Source: the human T2T-CHM13v2.0 reference genome, Homo sapiens
NCBI RefSeq assembly: GCF_009914755.1
Contig: NC_060935.1
Reading direction: 5' to 3' (one strand)
Length of the DNA: 64,000 nt
Notes under the pieces: model-generated
Told to the model about the DNA's origin: nothing
Seen by the model: only the letters and a program-made list of their open reading frames with translations
Database searches by the model: none
Program-made: the position numbers and the translations under genes
Part shown: positions 27,601 through 42,483 of the stretch, piece after piece
Position numbering within the stretch: the stretch's first letter is position 1
Layout of the letters: each line of letters starts with the position of its first letter

Positions 27601-30443
27601 TGTGGCTGGCTCTGCAAGTGGGCGATGATGTGGGCGTTTGAGATGGACTGAGGGATGACGAGGAATGGTTTCTCCTGCTGAGGGCATGGGTAACCAGGTC
27701 CCGAAGGCTCTACCTACCTGTGCCCTTTAAACTGAAATCAGAATGGGGGAGTGGGAGAATTGCTATCAGGTTGAGGAAAAGCAAAGGAGGGAAAGAAAAG
27801 AGCAGGCAAGGAGAGAGGCTGTGCAGGGCAGTAGCTGGGGCGGGGGGTTACTTGGAACAGGCACCTGCCTCGAAGCAGCAGGAGGCAGAACAAATATTCC
27901 AAAGAAGGCCAGGTGCACCAGCAGTCCACCCAGTGCCCACTTCCACCCCGCCCCCCGACAGTGTTGCCTTGTCACAGCAGTGTCCTCTGGCAGCCAGATA
28001 CAGTGCAGATTCACGCAGGCTGCTACACAAAGACAGTCAGCTCCTCCAACCCCAGACAGAGGCCCTGCCCCTGCCAGCCTCCATGACTGCTGCCCTGGAG
28101 CCTTCGATGTCCTTGGCCCTGCCTCTTCCCCTCCTGCTGGATTCTGGGTGGCATGAGGGCCTCTGGGATGGCTGGGGCAGGTCACTGGGGAGAGTGGGGC
28201 CGGAATGGGAGGGGACATTTGTGACAGGAGGGGTGTGAGAAACGGAGGATGTGTGAGAGGGAGTGTGTGTGTGGCAAGGCTGGAGAGCAGCCCATCTGAG
28301 AGCCACGCAGGAGCCATGAGTGGGTGTTGAGAGGTTCTGAGGGTGATCAGAGGTGCCCTGAGCGGGATGACGTGACCCCGAGGTGTGGAGAGACAGCAGC
28401 TGTGTAAGAAAGGTGTGTCGCTAGCCCTACCAGGAGAGAACTGAAGTAAGACACCGAGGCCTGCAGATGAGGACATGGGGGAGGAAAGGAAGGAGGAAGC
28501 CAGGTCCAGGTTCTGCCCAGCAGTGACTGGCATAGTGGGAAACTCCTGCCATTCCCTTGGGAAGATGGGGCCCCATAGGTGAGCCCCAGCGTGTGTGTGG
28601 TGCGTGAGGTTTTGTGCAGCATGTGTTCAGGAGGTGGCCCTGGATTTACCAAATATGCTCCTTCTGAACCCCTCAGAGCACTTTGCAGTTGCTGCTGGGT
28701 TGCCAAGTGAGGATGGCATAGGAAAAGTACAGGCCCGCCAGGGGAAGTGGTTTGCTCCAGGGCCCAGGGCATCAGTGACAGCCTGAGGCACGTGGGGTCC
28801 CCTCACACACAGCCCAGCTCCTGACCGCTGTGTCCTCCGGCACCCGCGACCCCTGCATCTCCATGGAACAACTACTTGCCACAGAGCCGGCAGCTCAGCG
28901 GAATCCCCCAACTTAAAGGAAAAGGCAAAGAACAACAACAGCGAAAAAGCATCTACGAGTTTGGGAGATGAGGAGGGTTGCAGAGGTGCCTGCTCTTCCC
29001 CCGCCTCGCGCAGCCAGAATTAGCCAAGCTCTCCCAAGCTGAGGGATGTAGATTGATTGCCTGGTTTTATTAAGGACAAAGTGCTTTTTGATAGTGTGAG
29101 GGAAGTGGCTCCCCAGGGCGGGGATTCCGGCTCGGAGCTCCCTGAGCATCGATCGCTGGGGCTTCCCTGTCTTATGCTGAGCTGAACGCGGGCTTTGGCA
29201 AGTGATAAAGAAGCTATGATTCTTAAAGGTGGGAACTCTGGGGAGAGGCTGGGCAGACCACACACGGGGCTATGCTATCAGCAGGCTTTCCCACCTGCAC
29301 CCTGGAGGGACTGCCACTACACATAACAAAGCTGGCCAGGTCATGAAATCTTTGCTGGCCACTTACCATACCGGTTGCTTCACTTACACCATCTGACTCG
29401 CTCTTGACATGAAATGTAACGGGTAAGGCCCTATTACGAGCCCAACCCCCCGCTCATAGTGTAGATCAGGAAAATGAAGTAGCACGAGGCCAAGTATGCT
29501 CATCAAGGTCCCACGACATTAAGTCCTGGCTCCCAGATTCATACTTGGCCGGGTCAGACGCTAACACTCAGGCCCTTATAGCCATGTCTTGACATGGGGC
29601 CAGATGGACGTGGCCCTTCTGATGTGATTCCCAGGAATCCATTATACAGACACCTGCAGCGTAAAGGGAGAGGCTCACCCAGTAGGGATATCTGTATGAG
29701 ACTTAAGAAAATCCTGGGATAGCAAATAGGCAGTGTGCTTCTAGGGCCGTTGAGGCTGGCTCTGGGCAGGGGGATTTAGAAGCCGTGGGGGCAGCACCGA
29801 GTTGTAATGAGCTGCATTGGTCCTTGGGCTTTTCTGAAGCATCCTCCTCTTTCCAAGATCAGTTCCTGCAGGACTCACAACAATTTTGTGAGATCAGTGG
29901 GCTGGGAAGGGAACCCTCGTACAGGTGAGGAAACTGGAGCACAGGGAGGGGGAGTGACTCGCCCAAGGTCACTCAGCTCATCAGGCTGATCTGGAATTGG
30001 AACCCAGGTTTTCTGACCTATAGCCCCTTCTTCTACATTGTGTATATGCTATTTTCCTTTCTAAGCCACAAGCAGGTTGTACACAAGCAAGTGTATATTA
30101 AGTAGCAAAAATAAATGGTTTGATAGGATTATTCAGATCGAATCGCCAATCTACAGACCAAAGTAAACAGGATGCTACGTGATATTGCAGCAGAGCAAAT
30201 CATGAGCTTATTGTGACCAGGGTGGGGTGAGTTGGGGCCTCTCAGGGTGAGGCCGCTGTTTTAGATGACAGTGCTTTTGAATGCCCCATCCAAGGGTCCC
30301 AAGGCCACCTCTCACTAGGAAGCCTTCCTGCCTCCCCTTCATAGATGAAACGACGGAGACTAAGAGAGTAGGCAGGGAGAGTGCAGAGCCGGGGCTTGGC
30401 TGTGATTTGGGGGTGCTAGGGGGCGTGTGGGGACAGGACTCAC

Positions 30444-30620
30444 TCTTGACTGTGAGGAACATGGACTTGCTGATGTCGGTGCCTACGCCGTTGCTGGCCT
30501 GGCAGAGGTAGTAGCCGATGTCCTCTTCTAGGACGTGGCGGATCAGCAGCGAGCTGTTGGGCAGGATCTGGATGCGGCCAGTGAGGGGCACAGGGTGGTA
30601 CTGCTGGGGGTTCCCGCTCC
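30444..30620 (-). CDS. DSCAML1: Exon 11 (177 nt, phase 1-1), C-half of Ig8
   Basis: Acceptor ctccttccag|GGAGC, donor AAGA|gtgagt; [11 protein letters not shown]...[15 protein letters not shown]...FLTVK. Confidence 0.96.
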
Positions 30621-31522
30621 CTGGAAGGAGGCAGCTGTTAGGAGGGCTGAGTCTGCACTGGGGCATAAGCTGAGAGTGCCCCAGGAGTGGCCCTGACACC
30701 TCGCTCTTGCAGATCTAGGGCCATTTTGTAGCAGAGCTGCACCATCCCCAAAGTGCTGAGGCCACATGGCTCCTGGTGGGCAACAGGAAAGACCCCCCCA
30801 CCAGAGGACTGGCCTTGCCCCAGCTCTGATGCAAGGAGATGGGGTTGGGAGTCTCAGCTCAATGCCCACTTTGACACTGGCATGGAGCTTCTTTGGGGTA
30901 AATTCCTTGGAGAGGAAGAAAGAGCTGTGTTTGGCCAGTTGGCTGCAGGTGGAGAGAAGATTGAGCCTTCAAATGGCAGTTGTCTGGTCTCAGGCAACCA
31001 GGCCTGGGAGAGAGGCCAGCATCCTCCAAGGGGGCCTTGTGGGCACCCCCTGTCCCTCCATTCCCCAGTGTCAGTCACGAATACAGTCTAGGATTGGGCC
31101 TCAGTCAGAAAGCAAAGGCATCCCTGGGATGAAATTGGGCTCCAAGAAGGACCCTGACCCCAGAAAAGGTTGACTGGTGAGAAGCAGGGGGCTTTGAGGC
31201 TCTGGGGCCCCAGGGGAGGGTGCGGTAGGGAAAGCAGGCATACACTGAGTTCTGGGGCGGAGATGGGAGAGGAGAGGTCGCGTCTGGGGGGACAAGAGGA
31301 AATACGGAGTCAGCATGATGGCTGTTCCTGGTCCACAGACCCCCGGGGGTGGCTGAGGATGACTCCAGGTGAGGTGTAGCCTGGGGTCCACTGGGGTGCA
31401 GACCAGAGGACTCCCATCCAGGGATAGGAGTTGCCTGCATGGAACAGGTTCAAATCCCACAGAGCATCCTCCGTTCCCCGTCCCTGCCCTTCTTGGAGAT
31501 TCTGGCTGGGCCAGGGGCTTAC

Positions 31523-31642
31523 CCTTGGCATGCTTCCACATGACCTTGGGTGGGGGGTAGCCGTCCACCGAGCAGTTGAGCACACCAGCTTTGCCGTAGA
31601 TGCCATCCTGGTTGTTGGGTTGCACCACAAATCGAGGGGGCA
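31523..31642 (-). CDS. DSCAML1: Exon 10 (120 nt, phase 1-1), N-half of Ig8
   Basis: Acceptor ttctgcag|TGCCC, donor AAGG|gtaagc; [40 protein letters not shown]. Confidence 0.96.
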
Positions 31643-32052
31643 CTGCAGAAAGAGGGAAGGTAGGGAAACAGACCATTTTAGTCTCTGATGGGTCTCCTAG
31701 GGCTTCGAGCACCTTCTGTTTGAGGTCAGCCCTGCCCGGGCCATTATAAAGTTGGAAGCGGGCAGTTTCTGAAACCCAAGATGCTGAGAACTTTTGTTGA
31801 GTACTGGGTAGGGACTTGGGAGCTCTGAGTTCCAGTCCTGCCTTTGCCACTGACTAACTGAGCAAGTGTCTCTCTGCTCAGGGCTTCGGTTTCCTGCCCT
31901 GGAAAATAAGAGGTTTAGGCTCCAACAGGCCCTTCAAGATGCTGGAGCCCACCTTCCATGAGCCCGTGATTGGAACTGGAAATCTAGAGACTGCAGTAGC
32001 AGCAGGCAGAATGGGCTCCTCCCTCCCCTGAGGCTGGCCTGTCCCTGCTCAC

Positions 32053-32331
32053 CACGCACGATGAGCTGGCGCTCCCGGCTCACGGTGGCGGCTGCGTTGC
32101 TGGCGATGCATGTATAGTTGCCGTTGTGCTTGAGGGAGACGCTAGAGATCTGCAGGGAGCTCATGAATTCCTTGCTCTCGATGGTCACGCCCGAGCCTGA
32201 GATGATCACCTGTCCGTCCTTCCTCCAGGTGATACGGATGGGCATGTCCCCCGAGGACACCACACAGGGAATGTAGAGCAGCTGGCCGATGGAGGCGGGT
32301 GGGAATTCGAAGGGCTGGATCAGAGGGGGCA
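32053..32331 (-). CDS. DSCAML1: Exon 9 (279 nt, phase 1-1), Ig7
   Basis: Acceptor ccttcccag|TGCCC, donor CGTG|gtgagc; [10 protein letters not shown]...IPCVVSSGD...ITWRKDG...NGNYTC...QLIVR. Confidence 0.96.
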
Positions 32332-33146
32332 CTGGGAAGGCAAGCGGGTGCTGCCGTCAGGACCCTGTGCATTCTCACCTGGCCGCCAACGCCGCCTCAC
32401 CTGCCTTACCTGGGGCTCTGGGTTGGGCCTTGAACAAAGATCCCCTGGGGCACTGCAGCCTTGTTCTCCTATGCATGCAGGGTCTCCTAATGATGCCTGG
32501 CTCCTGTCCCTCTGCCCGCCCAGGCTGGGACCCACTGTCTCTGTTCAGGGCCTTGACTGGCCTGGATTAACTCTGACCTTTTGATGTGTCCTGGAATTTG
32601 ATTCATGCCTGCTGATCTCTGCTCACCTTTCCCTCCAGCTTCCCTGCTGCTCCTCGGCACCCCTGTACCCACCTTCTCATCCCAGTGATGCAGCTCACAG
32701 CTCTCTGGGGGCCTGGGATAGAGGTGAGGTGCCCGGTGGCAAGAGGGGAAGCGTGGTGCTGGGACTGTCCCCCATGCATGTCCTACGGCTGCTCATCTGA
32801 AACCAGAGCACTGAACTCTGGGTCTCCCACAGGGCCCTCAGCCACCTCACCCCTCTTTATTGTCATTGAGTGTCAGGACAGGCGAGTGGAAGCTCACATC
32901 ACTGTTCAGTTGCTTTATACACATGATCTCACCAGATCCTCCTACCAATAATGTCCCCATTTTACAGATGAGAAAACTCAGGTTCAGAGCAGAAAAGAAA
33001 TTGCCCTAGGTTGCCCAGGTCATAAGATATGACCATGGGATTTGAAACCCATGGTCTGCTCCTCAAGTCCAAGTGTCATCACCGTGTGGCTTGGTTGCCT
33101 CTCCAAGAAAGCCCCAGACATGCCCAGACAAGAGACAAGAGATAAC

Positions 33147-33463
<317 letters not shown>

Positions 33464-36400
33464 TAGGTGAGCTTCCTTGGGTGGCAGGAAAGAGCAGAGA
33501 GGAAGCCCTGTCTTCTGCAGGACAACCAGTTGGTTAGATGCCTCTGGGCAAAGCACCATCCACCCAGCCTTCCTCCCGCTAGAAATGCAGCCTGCACCCC
33601 CCTGCCAACACTGCCTATGTCTCAGCCCCTGGATGGCCTGTCTGGAGCCTGAGTCGATGTGAGATGGATCCTCCTTTCTCGGCTCTGGCTAGAGCATCAG
33701 CCATTATCTTTATGATAACTCAATTAGGCTGCAGCGACTTCCCCAGCAAGTGGGGCAGAAGAGAGAAGGAGATAGACAATTAGCTTAACAAGGATGAGCA
33801 CCCAATAGATGAGATCTCCTTTCTGCAGTCGAATAATTAAATTACAAGGCCATGCACAGTCCTCTAGCCTTCTCCCAGGCACCAGCCGCACCCCTCCCTG
33901 GAAGCCTGCTACTCTCTACCCTGGGCCCATCCAGAGTGGCCACAGTGGGGGATGGGCTCTGGGGGCAAAGACGGATGGCATCAGATGCATGGCCCTCCGC
34001 CCTCAGGGCACCCCTGCACTTTCAGGGCTCAAAAGGGAGCTGCCTGCAGGGAGCAGCCAGGTGTGGACACAGAAAAACCCAGGCAGCCCTTTGGATCCTG
34101 GGAGAGTTCTTGATCAGGAGCTCTAGGTCCAGAGGAAGTGATATTTAGGAGGGATGTGGCCTCTGTGACCGTCAGTAGGGCCCTCAGGTGACCCTTCCAA
34201 TGTCATCTTCCACCTCGCGCTCACTCCAGCCTGTGCTCCCACCAGCATGCCGTGAATGCCACAGCCCCACACCTCAGCCTGCCCGAGTGAACACCACTGG
34301 GCATCTGTCCTTCTCATCCCCAAGCACATGGGCTCCTCACCTACCAGCTGGCTTTGATCCACCTTATTCCAGATCCACCTGGAACCTAAATCCCAGCCAG
34401 CTTTTCCGGGGTTCTGGTCATGGCCTGGACCACCTCATCCCAGTCTCTGGCGGCCTCTTTTCCTGGGTTGGGACTCTGCCCCCAGTATTCTGAGTGGTTT
34501 ATCGGGCCTTAGACATCTTCAGATAGATTTCTCTGGAGCCCTGACTCTAGCAATGGCTCAATGCCCATTCCTGAGACCTCCCCGAGATCTCTCTTCTTGG
34601 GCCCCTGCTGACCCCCCTCCTAGTTGGTGTGTATCCCTAGGTCAGATCTAGGCCTCCCAGCTCCCTTGGGCTTTCTGATGGATTGTAGCAGAGACCCAGA
34701 TGTGCCGCCCAGTTTGTTTCCTTAGGCCTAGAAGAACCAGTTCTGGCCAAGTCCTTCTCCTGCTCACAAAGGCCTCCTGGAAAACTCCCCTGGGAAACTC
34801 CCCTATATCCTTTCAGATCCTGCTCAAATGCTACCTCTTCTGTGAAGCCCACCTTCCTTCCACACAGCCCTGAAGCCTTCGGTCCACACCTGGATTAGGG
34901 CACGTATCACATGGCTGTCGGGGTAACTGCATTACCCCCTCCCTGGGGTAACTCCCTATATAAGTCCTTATATAACTAGGACTTATTCACCCAGCAAACT
35001 GTAGGTGCCCGATGAGTGCTTGTCGGGTGAGGAAATGCACAAACATACGTCTCAATATCATTTCCTAGGGTGACCTCAGAAGTTCACCTGCGAGAGGGCA
35101 GGGGGTACGGCAAGCACAGGATGGGGGCTCAGCTAGAATAAGAGGGGGGGTCTGTGCTGCTCCTCGAGATGCTTTGGGGTTCTGGAACCTTGGTCCCTTG
35201 GTCCCTCCTAGGGGCCAAGCCCTTGCTGTCACAGCACCGAACAAGCTGCTGTGATTTGAGAGCCCTGTGTACGCTTGAACACGAGCAAGGGGAGGGTGGA
35301 GGCAGTGATGAGGAGCTGGAGAACAGGATGTATGGGCAAAGCAAGGAGGTAGAAGGTTCTGCAGAGCCGAGAGAAAGCTAAGGGGCTGTGGAGTCTGGAG
35401 GGCCAAGCCCGGGCACAGACGGCCAGAACACCATGTTTCCATTGAGGCCAGAGCCAGTGGATAGAGACATAGTGAAATCAGGCAGGAAGGTTTAGTTCAG
35501 GCAAGAAGACTGTCTCTCTCAGTAAGGAGGAATTTAGATAATGGAGCAAGTTACTAAGGCAGGTTAATTCATTAATTAACTAATTCATCTAATATTTATG
35601 AAATGCTCCTCTGTGAAGGCATTATGCTCCGTGTGGGCTGGGGAAAGTAGAAACACACTTCAGCTACAGACGGAGCCTCGGGGAGCTTCTCGTTTACTAG
35701 GGAAGGCAAGATACTTCCCCAAAGATGATTAGACAAGGACCGCCTGGATATACAGATGCTGAGCTCAAGCAGAGGGCGATGCCATCGGCTGGGGGTGACT
35801 GCAGCTTCATGGAGGAGTGGAATTTGAGCTGAGAGTTAAAGGACACACATGCTTTCAAACAATACATGGGGTGAAGGAGACGGAGGAGGCTGAGCCAAGG
35901 GGCTGTCATTCCTTCTGGTCTTCTGAATAACATCAACAGCTCCGAGAGGCCACTGAAGAAGAAGTAGCCAACATCCATCCTGGGGAGTTAAACATGCAGC
36001 TGGGCTGGTCCCGCGCTCCCAGAGGGCTGTTGGGAGGCAGATGACCAGATGACCTCCCAGAGGCCCAAGGCAGGCTCCTCGCTCCTCTCCAACCCTGCTT
36101 CTGGGGGATGGGCAGGTGCGATGCATGGCTGGTACTCCAGGCTAGCCACTCACATCCGGTCAATACACACACCGGGCAGCCTGGAGGGGGAAGAGAGCCC
36201 AGGGATCATGGCTCCTCCACCAGCTCATTCGGTACTAGGAGTGCTGTGAGTGGGGTCTCCAAAGCAGGGTGGGGACTCCTCCATATATGTACATGGCTGT
36301 CCAAATGGGGCTTGCCTTCTGACCTGTGAGTCAGCGGCGCCCTCTCCAGTGCTCAGGGCTAGTAGCTGCATGTGTGCCTGGCCATTTCCATTTCTGGGAA

Positions 36401-39239
36401 AGCCATCCTCCCGGAGGTGGGGTCTGACCCCCTGCACCCTGGTGATGACCTGGGCCCTCTTTACTGTGGAGTCCAGCCTACAGATCTGCCCCCGAGTCCC
36501 AGCGTGTCCCTAGCAGGCAGCTGGATGTAGGGGGCATGAATGCCTCACAACCCAGGGCTTTCTCCCCAGAAGCCCTGCTCTGGCCACAGTCATCTTTAGC
36601 AAGGTGCTGCAATGGTGAAGAGGCAGAGGCCTGAGTGGCTGAGAAGACACAGTGGTCGAGGCAGGCCATTCAGTGTCCAGTCACCATAAAGCTTTTATGG
36701 CCACTTGTTTGGGAGTGCTGCACAGAGGAAGGCGTGCTGACCACCAGCCCAGCTCAGAAACATTTAATGGTGTCTCTCATCATCTCTCTTTGAGATGGAG
36801 CCTTTTATTTACTGCACCTGCTAGCAGAGTGTGCGCCGTGGGAAGTCTGGGCTTCTTTGCCCTTGCAGCACGGAGATGGGGCACTAGCCATGCCTGGAAC
36901 CCAAAACACCCGGTTCCAGACTCTGCTACCCATTCAAGTGACTGTGGGCAAGGCACCTCCTCATCACCATCCAGTCTAACCTCAGTTTTCTCATCTGCAA
37001 AATGGAGCGGTTGAACCAACTAATCACTAAAGTCAGACACTGATTTTCTAGTTAAAACAAGTCCCATATTTTGGGAATAATGACAGCTGACTTAAGTTTT
37101 TACACAACCCTCTCTTCTCAGGAAGCCCATCCCGGATCGCCTTATTTGAAATTGCAAACCCCGTCTCCTTGGCACTCTCAGCCTCTCTCCTGTTTGACAG
37201 GAGACATCTCTGGGGTATTTACCGTAGGATCCCTTTCCTCACTAAAATGTAAACTCCCTGATGGCAGGGATTTTTGTCTATTTTGAGCATAGCTGTATTC
37301 ATAGAACCTAAAATAGTGCCTGGAATCTAGTGGAGGCACAGTAGATGTCACTGAATGAATGACATTCGTGGTCATTATCCTCATCACCACTACCATCGTC
37401 ATGAGCCCTGTCTGTCCCACGGGAGTTTGCTTCCTCCTTTGTTACTGGCTCCCTTGGCTGAGGAAGTAAGGTTGTTGGCAGTGGCTTCCTTGGTGTTCCT
37501 CCCCCAAATGGCATGCAGGCCATCTCCTCCTAGGGAGCCTGCTGTGCCCCTTTCCTGTGGATCCCAGTGAGGTTCCTCCCAAATCTCCACCTTCACCAGT
37601 AGCAGGCACTTGGCCAGGTGGCTGACTCTCCCTTAAGCTTATCATCATAGAAACCCCCAACCTACTCGTTAGGGTGGGAGAGGGTCTCTGGCACATGCTC
37701 CCAGGCATACGGCAGAGGCTGGGTGGAGCAGTGCTGAAGCTCAGCATTGAACAGCTAGGGAAAAATTAGGGAGGGAGGAGGGAACATGGGCATTTGGGAG
37801 AGAGGGTGTTTGTGTGTGGGTGAGTATGTCCCTCTTCCACTTGTCCTCCACAGAAGCCTGGCACCACCTCCCTGTCCTGGTCCTGCTGAGCATGGGCAGA
37901 AAGCACCTCTTGGCCTTGTTTTGGCTCAAGAAGCCCTCGGAAGCTCAGATGTAGGAATGGAGATGTTTCTTCACGGAGCCAATGCAAAGGGGCCCCAGTT
38001 GCAGCCCTGCCTTCCTAGTTAATTAAACATTCAGCCTGCATGCCCAGAGATGCTTTTGTGCTACATTATTTTTCAGCTACAGGTGGCCCTAAAGTCACCA
38101 AATCTAGGTTTGATCTGTGTGCTCTCCTCTTAGCATCCTGCCAAGGATTTCTCCGGATGACCAGAGACAAATACCAGCCATCCCTGCAGCCTGGCTCTCC
38201 ACTGCCAGCCAGTGTCACATATGCCAAGGCACACACAGCCTTCAAAGCACCCTCCACCCTCTCTCCTCTCTGCTCCTCCCACTTTACTGGAACACAGCAG
38301 GCTCCCTTGGGCAATATTTCATATGGTCCCACCTGCAGCCACTTTTTGGGCTCAGGAATGTTGCCTTACGGGAGGGCCCTGGTGGACAACACACTTGCGT
38401 ATGTGTAACTGCTGGCATGCATGTTTACGTATGTGTGCTCAAGTGTGAATGGGCTAATGTGTTAATTGGCTGCACGTGCATGCAATACGTACCAGGGTGC
38501 ACACGCACGAGTGCTCACACACAGGTCTCTGCACACATGTGCAGGCATGTTGGGCGTGTGCTGCTGTTCGCAGCTTAGTGTTAGAAAAATTCGTTAGAAG
38601 ACAAGCAGTCCCAGAAGGAATGGAGTCAGCAGTTGTTTTTCCGGCTCATGGAGCAGCATGGGTTTCAGCCCCACCCTGCCCACTGACCCTTGGCCCCACA
38701 GAGAGCTGGGGTGGGAGACTTCCAGTTTTATCTCACACTTCCGGTGCTCTGTCCCCACCATCCCTGCCCCCGCAACTTGCCCTTTTCTACTTTCTAGCTC
38801 TCTGCTCTGAACCTTGAGTGGGATGCACTTCCTAGTCGGGCAGCAGCAGTGGGGTCTGGAGAGCTGCCCCCAGGCCCACACCCTTCTCCCCCTCCAAGTC
38901 AGGGCCCCCGCCATGCCCACGGGCACCTCCTCCACCCCCCTCCTTGGGTAGTTCTTGGAACAGCGCATCCGCTAATCAAGCAGCGTGATCATAATCAGCT
39001 CTGATGGTTCTTCTGCAAAAGCGCATTCTAATGAGGTGGGAGAGGGAGTCAGGGAAAAAATGGGGATGAGGGGGCCTGAGCTTTTGGAGTGGTGGGGGCA
39101 CGTCCCAGAGCCCCTCACACCCATGCTGCTTCTTGGTCCAGAGAGAAAACAGGTGACTACACCCGCCTCAGGGCTGGATTTCTGGGATTTTTTCAGACCC
39201 TGAGGGTGGGGAAGGGGGAAGGTGTGCATGCAAGCGTGT

Positions 39240-39241
<2 letters not shown>

Positions 39242-39272
<31 letters not shown>

Positions 39273-39344
39273 CCTGCTATGCACAGCTTATGCTGGGTGC
39301 TGGGGACTCACACGTGGCCAAGGCATGGGCTCTGTCCTCTAGGA

Positions 39345-39384
<40 letters not shown>
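39242..39384. repeat. Two (CA)n tracts (39242-39270 and 39346-39384) separated by 75 nt
   Basis: Seen directly. Confidence 0.97.
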
Positions 39385-39386
<2 letters not shown>

Positions 39387-40042
39387 CTCCCCTTCCCCCC
39401 ACTTCCCTCCCTCTCCCTGGGCTGCAGAGACACTGTCGCTCAGCACCATCACAACAGGCCCAGCGAGTCGCCGAGACGGAATGCATCAGATTCAATTCAT
39501 TAGGACTGATCACTCCCTGAATGGGGCTGAATAATTGATGAGCAGAAGCAGCTTTCAGGACGTTCCGAGTCCTCTGAGGCCCACTGCACCCGTTATTATT
39601 TTTTTTAAGCCAACAAACCCGACCAAATGCTTGCCAGTGAGGGCTGGCGCAGGGAGTGGAGCAAAGGTTAGATGTTTTAATATGTGATGTTTACACTTAA
39701 ACTCTCGGTCCACTGCTTGTAAGGGAAATGGATACAGGCGGCCCGGCCCGTGATGCTGCTTAAAGGAGGCAGGTTGAGCTGTGTACACAGCCACCAAGCT
39801 GATTTGTCCCAGATGACAGGGGCGGGGATGTGGGCTGGGGGTTGTTAGGTCCCTGGTGGTACGGCAAGGCCCCTGGGCTGGGCAGAGAAAGTGGCCAGGA
39901 TGCCCTTCCACATGGCTCCCTCGCAACAGCAGGGAAATGGGTGTTTGGCTGTGAGGGTCTCCTCTCTCCTCCCAGACCTCAGATGGCCACGGTGAGGTTT
40001 CCTAGTAAGTTCTCAAAGTAGACTTTGACAGTCCACTTTCAT

Positions 40043-40382
<340 letters not shown>

Positions 40383-41137
40383 TCACTCCAACTCAGCCTA
40401 ATGTCTCAGTTTCAGTTCAAAGCACACACTGTCTGGCACTGTGATGGGTGTTGGGCACACAGGCTTGTGACTCGGCTCCTGTGCACTGATGGCAGGAGCT
40501 GGGGGAGAAGTCTCCACCCAGCCTTCCACTGCCACGTTCAGTCCTTCCAGCTGGCCACCAGGCCCTTCCACCGGATGTCCAGTGATATCACATGCTTGAG
40601 GGTCCTCCACAAACCCTTCCTCTTCCCATATGTCCCTCTTGCTGCCGATAGTGTGTGTGTTCCATGTTGCTTCCAGTCTTGGGCAAAGCAGCAGCCAGGG
40701 GGTCCCCAGGGCCTTCCCCCCATGCCAGAGCCCCTTCCCAGGCCTGGACCCCTCTTCTCTTTTTCTTCCTTCCATGGGCCTCCTGCTAGCTCTCCTCCCC
40801 TGGTCAACGCTATTCCTCCCTCTCTTCCCTTGGGGATACAAAGGGGGTTCTCCCCAGCTTCCCCTCCCCACTGCCCTGGGTTGTGACACAGATGCTCAGG
40901 AGAGGGAAGCCCCCAGGTGACAGGGCCCTCAGAGTTCTCAAGGACTCTTGTCTCTTCCACACCCTCCCTGGCAGTCCCAGAAGCTCTATGTCTTTATTCC
41001 TAAGGCAGAGCATGGAGCAAACGGTCCTCCCTCCAGCCTGTCCTTTCCCTGGCTCGGGGCCATTCTCGGTTGGAGCCCAGGTTCTGGAGTTATGCAGACC
41101 TGGGAAAGATTCTGACACCAGATGGCAATTTACTTAA

Positions 41138-41526
<389 letters not shown>

Positions 41527-42142
41527 TAGCTGAGTGGGCAGCTGTGGGGTCGAAGATGGCACTGCACGTGGAGCATGGAGCAATGTGAGAGGCACACAGT
41601 GCGCCTGCCGCAGTGACAGTGGCAGATCATTATAACCATCGCAGCCTGCTGCGATAGCCCAGGATGGTGGCTGGAGACCCCCAGACCTCCCTTCCTCCCA
41701 GGCGGAGCCCCAGGCTGAGGTCTTCATGCTTCTGTAGCCTCAGGCTGCAGAGGACAGCCTGTCCACTTATCCTCCCCAGGCCTGAGCCCATCCTGGCTCT
41801 TCACGAAGAGACATAAGCTCTTCAGCCATCACAGCCGTGGCTGACTCAGTACCCAACCCCTGTAGCCTGGTTTTCACAGGCTTCTCCTTAGTCAAGCCTG
41901 GGGGTATCCACCTCCCCAGCCTGGCCCCAGAGAAACCAGGCCACCCTCCTGTCACACACCATCCAGACAGTCTCCAGGTCTGTCAGTCCCAAAGAATGTA
42001 TTTGGGGGTTTCGAAGACCTTCGCAGCCCCAGAACCAAGGAGACATTGTCATTGACTCACATGCTCATGTATTTGAACATTTATATTCACTCATTCATTT
42101 GATCCACAGACTTAGTGAGCGGCTACCCAGGACCAGGCATGA

Positions 42143-42483
<341 letters not shown>

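Noticed and set aside
27720-28533. Overlapping long ORFs (up to 255 aa; similarly 56378-57154)
   Set aside because: They are low-complexity, have no recognisable domain, and are expected in GC-rich intronic DNA.
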